Shown here: piece after piece, positions 8,645 through 17,103 of the stretch | Layout: each line of letters starts with the position of its first letter | How positions within the stretch are numbered: position 1 is the stretch's first letter | Origin: an uncultured bacterium | Lineage (GTDB): Bacteria > Auribacterota > JACPWU01 | DNA: 32,000 bases | Direction of reading: 5' to 3' | NCBI GenBank assembly: GCA_964640155.1 | Contig: CAZXEQ010000005.1 | Span: 120,001-152,000, forward strand | Position numbers and translations under genes: made by a program | The notes under the pieces: model-generated | The model's database searches: none | Seen by the model: the letters and a program-made list of their open reading frames with translations, nothing else | Told to the model about the DNA's origin: nothing

Positions 8645-9010
8645 CTATCCTTTAACCTTTAACCCTTCTTTTTGAAGAAGAATACGGATTACTTCACGTT
8701 GATCTCCTTGTATTTCAATTTGACCTCCGTTTCCTTTTATAAGATACGTTCCGCCTGCACCACAACGTGTTTTTAATTTTTTTGCCCACTCTTTAAGAAA
8801 TTTTTCGGACTTTGGAAGTTGATCAATGACAGTAACAACTTTTCCTGCCCTTCCCGTTTTTTCAATTCTTAAAACAGCCGTAATATCTAAAGGGGAAAGA
8901 ATTTTTTGAGGAGAACATGTACACGCTGCCATCAAACGTTTGCATTGAGAGCAGGTTTTATTTTTTTCCGGATTTGTGGAATAAACCAAAGATGAATCGA
9001 ATGAATTCAT
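8645..9010 (-). CDS. SUI1/eIF1-family translation initiation factor (YciH-like)
   Basis: RIEKTGRAGKVVTVI...LAKKLKTRCGAGGT...IEIQGDQREVIRILLQKEG matches the SUI1 fold pattern. 121 aa. Confidence 0.85.
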   Translation of the reverse strand: MNSFDSSLVYSTNPEKNKTCSQCKRLMAACTCSPQKILSPLDITAVLRIEKTGRAGKVVTVIDQLPKSEKFLKEWAKKLKTRCGAGGTYLIKGNGGQIEIQGDQREVIRILLQKEGLKVKG

Positions 9011-9021
9011 TCCTACACCTA

Positions 9022-9432
9022 TCAGCGCAGAAAAAATCGATATTGAACTGAATTTGTCTGTCCCTTTTTGATCATTTGATCAAACTTCTTTCTAAGCCAT
9101 CGCTTAAAAACAAATCTTGTCCAAGGGATTAAAAGCAAAAGACCTGCCACATCACTCAAAAAACCTGGGATAACAAGTAAAACTCCTGCAATAAAAAGAA
9201 GAAGCGCATCTAACATATGTTCCGCGGGCATTTCTCCTTTTTGTAACGCCTTGTGAAAGTTAGACCAGGCTCGAAATCCTTCAAGACGAGAAAGAAAGGC
9301 TCCTAAAAACCCAATTCCAAAAACGACCAGAACGGTTGTCCAAAAACCCCAAAGCTCTCCCATTCGAATCAAAATAAAGATCTCTAAAATAGGAAATGCG
9401 ATAAAAGCAATAACCATTAATTTCAGAAGCAT
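9022..9432 (-). CDS. fxsA: FxsA-family inner-membrane protein
   Basis: Two N-terminal TM helices plus LLVIPGFLSDVAGLLLLIP, the conserved FxsA motif. 136 aa. Confidence 0.8.
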   Translation of the reverse strand: MLLKLMVIAFIAFPILEIFILIRMGELWGFWTTVLVVFGIGFLGAFLSRLEGFRAWSNFHKALQKGEMPAEHMLDALLLFIAGVLLVIPGFLSDVAGLLLLIPWTRFVFKRWLRKKFDQMIKKGQTNSVQYRFFLR

Positions 9433-9441
9433 TTTTAAAAT

Positions 9442-9699
9442 TTATCTCCCTTTTCGATAACAAACCACAAAAAGCATCACCAAACTAAAAAGAAAAAGAT
9501 TTGTAATATTGAATGTACGCCACACCAAATCCTCTGAACGAAATCCAGAGGGAGCCATTAATACAAGACAAGTCCATACCCCTAAAGCCCAAGACAAACT
9601 GATATCGCTCGAAGACTTTCTTCGAAAAATTCTTACAATCAGAGGAATATTCCAAAGAGGTAAAACAATCGCAGCAATTAAAGCAATTTTTTCAATCAT
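9442..9699 (-). CDS. small 3-TM membrane protein (possibly PQ-loop/SemiSWEET-like)
   Basis: 85 aa with three hydrophobic helices. A strong AGAGGAAA RBS precedes ATG 9699. LPLWNIPLIVRIFRRKSSSDISLSW loosely resembles a PQ-loop motif, so the family call is weak. Confidence 0.55.
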   Translation of the reverse strand: MIEKIALIAAIVLPLWNIPLIVRIFRRKSSSDISLSWALGVWTCLVLMAPSGFRSEDLVWRTFNITNLFLFSLVMLFVVCYRKGR

Positions 9700-9718
9700 G
9701 TTTCCTCTTTGTAAGATA

Positions 9719-9844
9719 GAAACCTCTCAAAAAGGTTCCAGATGCAAGGCACCCGCAAGCGAATGCGGAGGCGTACGTTTGATGGTACGCCGCACAAATG
9801 AGCGCAGAGGGTAACGCAGCAGATGGACCTTTTTCAGGGGTTTC
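9719..9844. repeat. 126-nt GC-rich palindromic intergenic element, copy A
   Basis: About 86% identical (manual alignment, no indels) to 23601-23726 in the same orientation. Terminal inverted repeats are GAAACCTCTCAAAAAGGTTCCA ... TGGACCTTTTTCAGGGGTTTC and the central hairpin is GGCGTAC-N8-GTACGCC. G+C is about 54% by hand count. Confidence 0.85.
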
Positions 9845-11111
9845 AAGCAACCCAAAAATTTAAACAATGCATCAGTGAGAATAATACCTGTAAAACAACC
9901 ATAGGAACAATTACAAAATAGGATTTCTGTCTCAATAAAAGTGCCAAAACAATGAAAATAGGGAAAACCATCAATAAATATCGCGCATAAGACATGAAAC
10001 TCCCCATCAAAGCAGGAACAACCCCCATGATAAATGTATAACAAAAAAGTGTTTTATCTAATTTTTTACTAACAGGGCCATTATCTATCTGACTGTCCGA
10101 TACAACGTTCGACTGGCCCTGTAGTACTACTGACGAAGTAGTACCGGTCCTTGAAAAGAAATCATAAGGAGGTGCAAGTCCGCGAGGAGATTTATAAATC
10201 GCGGACTTGTTGGTATAAACAAAATAGAGCAAAACTAAAAAACATAAAAAGAATAAACGATCTATGATGCTGGTTGTAAAATCATGCAAAGTGTAAGTAA
10301 TGTGAATAAAATTTCTAAGAAACCAATCCTTAAGATTAAAAATGTTAGCAATTGAATTGGCAGAAACATATTCATTTTGCGTCGTAAAGCCAGAGAAGAA
10401 ACTTCCGGTATAATATTTCATTAAAAAAAGATAGGTTATTACTCCTAAAGCAAAACCAGCTATCAAAAACCATTGCTTGGTTAAGCGCCTTTCTCTTTTT
10501 TGAAAAATCAAAAAGACTAGCAAAGGAAAAACAAGAAAAATCCCTTGCGCCTTTGCTAGAGGAAGAAGAAAAGCTGAGAAAAAAGTTAAAAATATTTTCT
10601 CCATGTAGAGAGAATAGAAAAAAATTAAAACCAACGTCAAAAAAAGAGACTCGGTATAAACCAAATTGAAATAAAAATGGGTGGGGAAAACCAACATAAA
10701 TACCCCAGATAAAAAGGCAATCTCAGGAGTAAAAAGTTTTCTCACAAAAAGATAAAAAATGGTCATCATTAAGAAAGATAAAAAATTAGACAAGACCAAA
10801 CCCGTCAAAAAGTAATTTTCCAAAAAAATAGGCTGAAAAGCTTTTATTAACAAAGGATATAAAGGAAAAAAATTATTGCTCATTTGTCCCGGACCATACC
10901 CTTTTTCTGCCAGGCAAATATAATGCTGAGCATCCCAAGTTGCCAATGGCAAAGTCCAACTTGAATAGGAATAATTGGAAGAAACAAAATTTTCATTAAA
11001 TGCAGGAGCATTGAATGGCAGGAGATGAAACCCTAAAAAAACAAGAAAAAAGAAACAAACCTTTGATAGAAGTGTCAGTACTAACAAATTTCTTAAACTG
11101 GGGCCAGGCAT
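9843..11111 (-). CDS. GT-C fold membrane glycosyltransferase, PIG-V/mannosyltransferase-like
   Basis: 422 aa and very hydrophobic (more than 8 TM helices). WDAQHYICLAEKGY matches the WDxxxYxxIAxxGY motif of PIG-V-type mannosyltransferases. The ATG at 11111 overlaps the 3' end of orn by 19 nt. Confidence 0.7.
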   Translation of the reverse strand: MPGPSLRNLLVLTLLSKVCFFFLVFLGFHLLPFNAPAFNENFVSSNYSYSSWTLPLATWDAQHYICLAEKGYGPGQMSNNFFPLYPLLIKAFQPIFLENYFLTGLVLSNFLSFLMMTIFYLFVRKLFTPEIAFLSGVFMLVFPTHFYFNLVYTESLFLTLVLIFFYSLYMEKIFLTFFSAFLLPLAKAQGIFLVFPLLVFLIFQKRERRLTKQWFLIAGFALGVITYLFLMKYYTGSFFSGFTTQNEYVSANSIANIFNLKDWFLRNFIHITYTLHDFTTSIIDRLFFLCFLVLLYFVYTNKSAIYKSPRGLAPPYDFFSRTGTTSSVVLQGQSNVVSDSQIDNGPVSKKLDKTLFCYTFIMGVVPALMGSFMSYARYLLMVFPIFIVLALLLRQKSYFVIVPMVVLQVLFSLMHCLNFWVA

Positions 11112-11665
11112 GCTTCTTCCCTAAAATAAGTCTTCCGATAAAATGCTAACTCCTCAATGGATTCTCGAATATCATTCAAAGCACGGTGCGCATCTTTCTT
11201 TTCAGGAAGATCTTTATTTTTAGGATACCAATTTTGCACCAGAATTTTAAGTGTTGTCACATCCACATGGCGATAATGTAAATAGGCATTTAGTTCTGGC
11301 ATATATCGAATGATAAATCGACGATCATGATGTACTGCATTCCCACATAAAGACGATTTTCGAGGAAAACAATAATGTTTAATAAATTCCAGGGTAAGTT
11401 CTTCAGCTTTTTTTACACTGATTTTAGAATTTTTAACCTCTTCAATTAAACCTGATTTTGCGTGATGTTTCTGATTCCAGTCATCCATGCCTTCTAATAC
11501 CCTTGGAGCTTGATGAAGGATTAAATTAGGACCTTCTGCTATAATATTTAATTGTGCATCAGTGATAATGGTCGCGATTTCAATAATTTTATCTTTTTCG
11601 GGATCAAGGCCCGTCATTTCCATATCAATCCAAACCATATTGTCTTTGTTTTTTAATTGAGACAT
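11093..11665 (-). CDS. orn: oligoribonuclease (DEDDh 3'-5' exonuclease)
   Basis: NMVWIDMEMTGLDPEKDKIIEIATIITD (Exo I motif), GNAVHHDRRFI and HRALNDIRESIEEL (Exo III with His). 190 aa. Confidence 0.9.
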   Translation of the reverse strand: MSQLKNKDNMVWIDMEMTGLDPEKDKIIEIATIITDAQLNIIAEGPNLILHQAPRVLEGMDDWNQKHHAKSGLIEEVKNSKISVKKAEELTLEFIKHYCFPRKSSLCGNAVHHDRRFIIRYMPELNAYLHYRHVDVTTLKILVQNWYPKNKDLPEKKDAHRALNDIRESIEELAFYRKTYFREEACLAPV

Positions 11666-11698
11666 CCCCTACCTTTACTTTCTTTTGTAGAATATTTT

Positions 11699-12763
11699 CT
11701 ATGAAGCGCGATATTCTTCCTGATAAATTCGAATAAAAGCCATGAGTAACGCAACCACCAAAGGTCCTAATAAAATACCCGTGGGACCATAAACTTTAAG
11801 GCCTCCTAAAATACCAAAGAAAAGAAACAACATGGGAAGTTTTGCTCGATTTCCAATCACCAAAGGTCTCAGAAAATTATCAACCATGCTGACTACCAGA
11901 AATCCCCAAGCCAATAAAAAAATAGCCTTCCCCATCATTCCCTGTCCTAAATAATAAAGTCCCACAGGAAGCCAAATAGCCCCTGCTCCAACCAAGGGGA
12001 TCAAAGCCGTAAACATGGTCGCAAATCCCAAAACAAGCGAGGAGCCTACTTGACCAATCAAAAACCCAATACCCGCCACTGCACCTTGGGCCGCTGCTAC
12101 AATGAATACTCCTCGAACCACAGCCGTAACTGTTAAATTGAGCTGATAAGCAATTTGATCTTTGTATTTCTTTTCCATGGGAATCAATTCTTTCGCCCAT
12201 TCAAAAAAGCTTTTCCCATCACGAAAAAGAAAGAAGAGAGTAAAAATCATTCCAGCTAGATTAATAATCAATGCAAAAGCATTTTTAGGGAGCTTCTTAC
12301 TAACACTGACAATCGCTTTTACACCTAAGCCTGCTGCTTGTGTCATCATTTTCTGAATATTGATCTGTGATACATCTACGACGCCTTTCAATTTTATTTC
12401 CAGCCATTCTCTCCATTGCTGCCCAGAACCCTCACGACTCCATGTTTCTAGAGTAGTTCCAAGGCCCTTGATATGCGGGATCAAATGCGTTATTTCATTA
12501 AGTAAAAGCCAGCTAAAGAAAATAAAAGGAATAACGATGGAAACAATCACAAAAAAGCTAGAAATAAAGGCCGCTAAATTTTTTCTTTTGACGCCTACCC
12601 ATTTTTGAATCAAGACATGCAAGGGATAGAAAATGAGGGTCAGAACAATTGCAGCTAAAATCCCTCCAAAAAAGGGAGAAAGAATATGCAAGATTTCATA
12701 AATGAGATAGATAAAAACAGCAAGAAAGAAAACCCGAATCAGTTGTTCACGCTGTGTGTTCAT
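11699..12763 (-). CDS. AI-2E family transporter (PerM/YhhT-like permease)
   Basis: 354 aa, about 8 TM helices. The conserved C-terminal region IPLVGAGAIWLPVGLYYL...VDNFLRPLVIGNRAKLP is typical of this family. It starts 4 nt after the glgP stop. Confidence 0.85.
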   Translation of the reverse strand: MNTQREQLIRVFFLAVFIYLIYEILHILSPFFGGILAAIVLTLIFYPLHVLIQKWVGVKRKNLAAFISSFFVIVSIVIPFIFFSWLLLNEITHLIPHIKGLGTTLETWSREGSGQQWREWLEIKLKGVVDVSQINIQKMMTQAAGLGVKAIVSVSKKLPKNAFALIINLAGMIFTLFFLFRDGKSFFEWAKELIPMEKKYKDQIAYQLNLTVTAVVRGVFIVAAAQGAVAGIGFLIGQVGSSLVLGFATMFTALIPLVGAGAIWLPVGLYYLGQGMMGKAIFLLAWGFLVVSMVDNFLRPLVIGNRAKLPMLFLFFGILGGLKVYGPTGILLGPLVVALLMAFIRIYQEEYRAS

Positions 12764-12767
12764 GTCT

Positions 12768-14768
12768 CTAAACCTTTACATCCCACATTTTCGTCGCATA
12801 CTCTTCCACCATACGATGCGTATTAAAAAAGCCAGCTGCGCTAATACAGTGAATCATCATATTAATCCACTCTGATTTCTGACTCACACTACCTTTACGA
12901 TTGGTTTGATAGTAAAGAGCGACCATTTGATCTAAGGATTCATAAAGTGCCGCGGAATCTTCATCCATTCTAAGATTAAATTCACTGTCCATTTGGCCTC
13001 CTTTAGCGCGATAGCCAAATATTTTCCCAATCCCTGAATCTTCGGCTTCCGCAACCCATCCGTCAAAAGTACTCAACTGGACAACACCATTTAAAATAGC
13101 TTTCATGCCACTGGTTCCAGAAGCCTCAAAAGGTGGTAAAGGATTATTCAACCAAACATCCACAGAGCTTGTGAGTAATTTTCCAAAGTAAGTATCGTAA
13201 TTTTCCAGCATGATGACTTTAAGATGATCATACTGCATATTCAGTTCATCAATTCTAGAAAGCATATCACTGATAATATGCATTCCCACATTGTCATTGG
13301 GATGAGCTTTACCTGCAATCAAAATTTGAATAGGCCCTTTATCTCTCGCAATTTCTAAAAGCTTATCCACATGCTGCAGCAAAAGACTTGGGCGTTTATA
13401 ACTTGCAATTCTTCTGGCCCAAGCAATGGTAAAAATATCTTTTCCCATTTTCCATGAAGAAAGCAAATGACAAAGTTTTTCTTTATTTTCTTGATGTGCC
13501 TTCCAAAGACCTTCTCGAAAAGATTCATCATGAAGCAACTTCTCTACTTTTTTTAAACAAGTAGGATCTTTTCTCCAAGAACCGATCTTGCCCTGAAACT
13601 CATCTAAAAGTTTTGCTATCGACTCTGAGACCCATGTCAAATGATGCACTCCATTTGTAATCGCTTTTAATTTCTCTTTAAACATAGGAAATTGAAGTTG
13701 TGTTACTTCCCCATGAAGTTGAGAAACTGCATTAATCTTTGAAGTTGCATTCATGGCTAAATGCGTCAAATTAATCATTTCAGGCTGATGAGGATCAAGT
13801 CCCAAAGTGCGTATGAGATTCATTTTATCTTCAGGCAAAATTTCTTCTGCTAAATGAAGAGAAAAACGATCGTGACCTGCCGCAACAGGAGTATGACAGG
13901 TATAACCAAATTTCTTTTGCAAACCGTCTCTTTCATTCTCACTCAAACCACACGCTTTTTCAATATAGGCAAACGCAGCATGCCCTTCATTCAAATGATA
14001 CCAATCAATAGAGTATCCCAATTCATCCAAGGCTAGAATGCCACCCATTCCCAAAATGGTTCTCTGCAAAAATTTCCACCATTCGCTATCACTTCGATAA
14101 AGTCGATGGGTTAATTTACGAATCTCATCTGAATTTTCAGGCAGATTAGAATCTAAAAGTACTAAAGGAATAACATGTTTTTCATCATGGCTATAAACAT
14201 AATATTTCCAGAGCTTCAGATGAATAGTATCGCTTTTAAGTTGGATTTTAACGCGATGCTTTAAAGGCACCAGCCCTGGGAAATAATTGGGATCCCAAAG
14301 CATGGCCCTAGGAACTTGCCCATCATGAAACAAAAACTTTTGTTCAAAATACCCCTCATGCCAGAGAATACCAATCCCCACCAAAGAAACACCTAAATCA
14401 ACAGAACTTTTTAATGTATCCCCTGCTAAAACACCCAATCCTCCACTATAAATAGGGAGATCCGGGGGCCTTTCAATATGAAGCCCGTGGAAATAATCCA
14501 TCGCACGCATGTTTGAAAATACTTCATGATCATAGTGCATGTTTTTGGGATTGACTGACTTCACCGCTTTGAAAGGATGATAAATATTAGGGGCAAGACC
14601 ATATTCCATTGAGAAATAGGCAATGGAACGAATATCAGATGAAAGCAAAGCTTCTTCCGATTTTTTGAGAACACTCATGGGACGACCAAAAAATGATTTC
14701 TCATCAATATCATCTTCGTATCGCTCTTCCCAATTTTCAATTTGGGAAATCCACTTGCTTTGAGGCAT
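12768..14768 (-). CDS. glgP: alpha-glucan phosphorylase (GT35, short 'alpha-glucan family' type)
   Basis: IAYFSMEYGL, YSGGLGVLAGD and the PLP-lysine region FEASGTSGMKAILNG. 666 aa. Confidence 0.9.
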   Translation of the reverse strand: MPQSKWISQIENWEERYEDDIDEKSFFGRPMSVLKKSEEALLSSDIRSIAYFSMEYGLAPNIYHPFKAVKSVNPKNMHYDHEVFSNMRAMDYFHGLHIERPPDLPIYSGGLGVLAGDTLKSSVDLGVSLVGIGILWHEGYFEQKFLFHDGQVPRAMLWDPNYFPGLVPLKHRVKIQLKSDTIHLKLWKYYVYSHDEKHVIPLVLLDSNLPENSDEIRKLTHRLYRSDSEWWKFLQRTILGMGGILALDELGYSIDWYHLNEGHAAFAYIEKACGLSENERDGLQKKFGYTCHTPVAAGHDRFSLHLAEEILPEDKMNLIRTLGLDPHQPEMINLTHLAMNATSKINAVSQLHGEVTQLQFPMFKEKLKAITNGVHHLTWVSESIAKLLDEFQGKIGSWRKDPTCLKKVEKLLHDESFREGLWKAHQENKEKLCHLLSSWKMGKDIFTIAWARRIASYKRPSLLLQHVDKLLEIARDKGPIQILIAGKAHPNDNVGMHIISDMLSRIDELNMQYDHLKVIMLENYDTYFGKLLTSSVDVWLNNPLPPFEASGTSGMKAILNGVVQLSTFDGWVAEAEDSGIGKIFGYRAKGGQMDSEFNLRMDEDSAALYESLDQMVALYYQTNRKGSVSQKSEWINMMIHCISAAGFFNTHRMVEEYATKMWDVKV

Positions 14769-14830
14769 AAGACTTAAACCTTTCTTGATTTCATCTTTAA
14801 AAAGAAGTTATCTCCTTAACAGAAAAAGTT

Positions 14831-15820
14831 CTAAACGGAAAGCTCAACCCCTTCTTCAACCGTAAACCCCATCGACTGAATCATAGATTGGGCTTCTTCT
14901 ACTTGTTGCCCCGGTGTTGTTAAATATCCTTCGATAAAAATAGAATTCGCTGGGTAAATTGCAAATCTTTGCATTTCTTTTAAATTAAATTCACGTCCAC
15001 CCGCAGCTCGAATCTCTTTTGTAGGATTCAAAAACCGAAAAAGACTTAAAACCAAAAGACCTTTTGTCGCATCAACACTTTTAGATTTTTGAAGAGGGGT
15101 TCCATCAATCGGATGAAGAAAATTAATTGGGATAGAATCGATATCCATTTTTTGAGTCGTAAACGCTAAATCTAAAATATCTTCGTCTGTTTCCCCCATT
15201 CCAACAATACCTCCGGAACAAGTCGACATTCCCGCTTCTTTAACCGCCTGAATGGTTTTAATTCTGTCTTCATACGTGTGCGTTTTACAAATTTCAGGAT
15301 AAAACCGCTCGCTGGTATTCAGATTATGATTCACCCATCCTACTCCTGCTTCTTTTAATTGCCTGGCCTTGGGATAATCCATGAGACCCAAAGAACAACA
15401 TATCTCTAAATCAGAGTATTTTTTCTTAACTTCTTTGACAACATCGCACAAATGATCAATGTCTTTCTCACTAGGACCGCGTCCGCTAGTCACCATACAA
15501 AACCTTTTAGAACCCGAAGTGACTGCCTTTTCGGCAGCTTTCAACAACTGACTTTTCGACATCATTCTATATTTTTCAATAGGAGCCTCAGAAATCACCG
15601 ATTGAGAACAATAATTACAATCCTCTGGACACAAACCACTGCGGGTATTTTGAAGCATACAAAGCTTCACTTTACGCCCATGAAAATGCTCTCTCACTAA
15701 AAGAACAGCATCTAAAACTTGGGGTAAATCTTCCGAAGAAGCCTGAAGAATACTTCTAGCCTCTTCTCGATTCAGCCTTTGTCCTTCTAAAACTTTCTTC
15801 GAAAATGCTGTGTAATCCAT
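14831..15820 (-). CDS. bioB: biotin synthase (radical SAM)
   Basis: CPEDCNYCSQ radical-SAM cluster motif, YNHNLNTS-like VNHNLNTS and GGIVGMGE. I place the start at ATG 15820 (MDYTAFSKKV...) because GGAG sits 5 nt upstream. The ORF-track ATG at 15889 has no RBS and adds 23 atypical residues. Confidence 0.88.
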   Translation of the reverse strand: MDYTAFSKKVLEGQRLNREEARSILQASSEDLPQVLDAVLLVREHFHGRKVKLCMLQNTRSGLCPEDCNYCSQSVISEAPIEKYRMMSKSQLLKAAEKAVTSGSKRFCMVTSGRGPSEKDIDHLCDVVKEVKKKYSDLEICCSLGLMDYPKARQLKEAGVGWVNHNLNTSERFYPEICKTHTYEDRIKTIQAVKEAGMSTCSGGIVGMGETDEDILDLAFTTQKMDIDSIPINFLHPIDGTPLQKSKSVDATKGLLVLSLFRFLNPTKEIRAAGGREFNLKEMQRFAIYPANSIFIEGYLTTPGQQVEEAQSMIQSMGFTVEEGVELSV

Positions 15821-15987
15821 ATCAACTCCAATATTTTTATCCCAAGAGTTTAGCGTAAAACCTAAAAAAATGCCTCCGAATTCTTTCATATAACGTACAG
15901 TACTTCATACACGAAAATTCCAAGAAGAAAAATAGGCAAGAGTATAAACATGATGTAGACTATACCTCACAGATGAGAAAATGATCG

Positions 15988-16404
15988 ATGAATACATCCA
16001 ACTTAAAACTAGCGCTTATCCTTCAAACCCATTCTTACGAAAAATGGCATTTAGCAGGTACTTTGGCAGCTACAACCGTAGCCGCGGGTGGAGAAGCCCA
16101 TCTTTTCCTTGCTCAAGAAGCCTTGCTAAAATACCTCGATAGCAGCATGGATGAAGCCTCCCCTTCGTTTCAATCTCAAGATCTTAATGAAAAATATATT
16201 CATTTTCTTGAAGATGGAAAGATTCCTAAACCTGGTAGTCTTTTTAAAAAAGCAAAGGAACTAGGAAATATCAAAATTTATGGCTGTTCAGAATCTGTCA
16301 AACTTTTTCATTTAGAGTCAAAACTGACACAAAAACTGGATGCTATTCTTGGGTATACCACTTTCTTAGATATTGCCAGTGATGCCAAATTAATCGTAAT
16401 TTGA
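15988..16404 (+). CDS. DsrE/DsrF-like (DsrE_2) family protein
   Basis: 138 aa. The pattern KLALILQT...AATTVAAGGEAHLFLAQEAL...IKIYGCSESVKLF...ILGYTTFLDIASDAKLIVI fits the DsrE_2 family, which has a single conserved Cys. Confidence 0.6.
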   Translation: MNTSNLKLALILQTHSYEKWHLAGTLAATTVAAGGEAHLFLAQEALLKYLDSSMDEASPSFQSQDLNEKYIHFLEDGKIPKPGSLFKKAKELGNIKIYGCSESVKLFHLESKLTQKLDAILGYTTFLDIASDAKLIVI

Positions 16405-16410
16405 ACAAAA

Positions 16411-17097
16411 TTATAATTCTCTAAAAAAAGAGCCCACTTGTTGTAAACTTTCCAATACCAAATCTGCTTCGGATAAATATTTTTTAGAAAGTGAAGTTTC
16501 CACAGCAATGCATGTCACACCAGCTGCTTTAGCAGAGCGAATTCCGTAAGGAGCATTTTCAATTACAAGGGCTTCAAGAGGTTCTATCTTCAAACCTTTT
16601 AACGCAGTGAGATAAGGTTCGGGATGAGGTTTACCATGAAGGACTGAGTCTCCTGTCACAATCACTTTAAAAAATCTCAAAAAATCTTCTGTCATCATGG
16701 CTTTTACTTCAGCCAAAAAAGAACCTGTTACAAGGGCTAATAAATAATTTTGATCATAAAGAAATTTGACAATCTCAGAAGCTCCAGGGAAAAATTGAGC
16801 TTTGGGGTATCCTTTAAAAATTTTTTCTTTATGTTTAATTAAATCTTGAATCGTGTCTGGATGTGGATTGTGACCCGCCTTGCTTAAAAGATCGTTTGCG
16901 GTATTTGCACCCTTTTCACCCTCACGAAGATAAATTTCTTCACTGGAAACTTCTAGCCCATAAGCTGAAATGGCTTCTCGCCAGGCTGCATCATGATATT
17001 TCATGGTATCGACTAAAACACCATCCAAATCAAACAAAATGGCTTTTAAAGGAGTTGAAGAGAATTGAGATTTGAGGGAAAATTTTTTAGATTTCAT
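16411..17097 (-). CDS. HAD-IA hydrolase (beta-phosphoglucomutase/phosphatase-like), last gene of the phosphonate operon
   Basis: Motif I ILFDLDGVLVDT, motif II LVTGS, motif III/IV KPHPEPY...IENAPYGIRSAKAAG. It begins 6 nt after the upstream gene. It lacks the DWAGT motif of phosphonatase PhnX. Confidence 0.85.
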   Translation of the reverse strand: MKSKKFSLKSQFSSTPLKAILFDLDGVLVDTMKYHDAAWREAISAYGLEVSSEEIYLREGEKGANTANDLLSKAGHNPHPDTIQDLIKHKEKIFKGYPKAQFFPGASEIVKFLYDQNYLLALVTGSFLAEVKAMMTEDFLRFFKVIVTGDSVLHGKPHPEPYLTALKGLKIEPLEALVIENAPYGIRSAKAAGVTCIAVETSLSKKYLSEADLVLESLQQVGSFFREL

Positions 17098-17103
17098 TAT
17101 TTC

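Noticed and set aside
9727-10044. 105-aa minus-strand ORF running through repeat copy A and overlapping the GT-C gene out of frame
   Set aside because: Its N-terminal half overlaps the strongly supported glycosyltransferase frame. Its C-terminal part is simply the translation of the palindromic repeat. The same applies to the plus-strand ORF 9509-9814.
15821-15889. 23-codon N-terminal extension of bioB
   Set aside because: There is no RBS at 15889, whereas ATG 15820 has GGAG 5 nt upstream and gives a typical BioB N-terminus.
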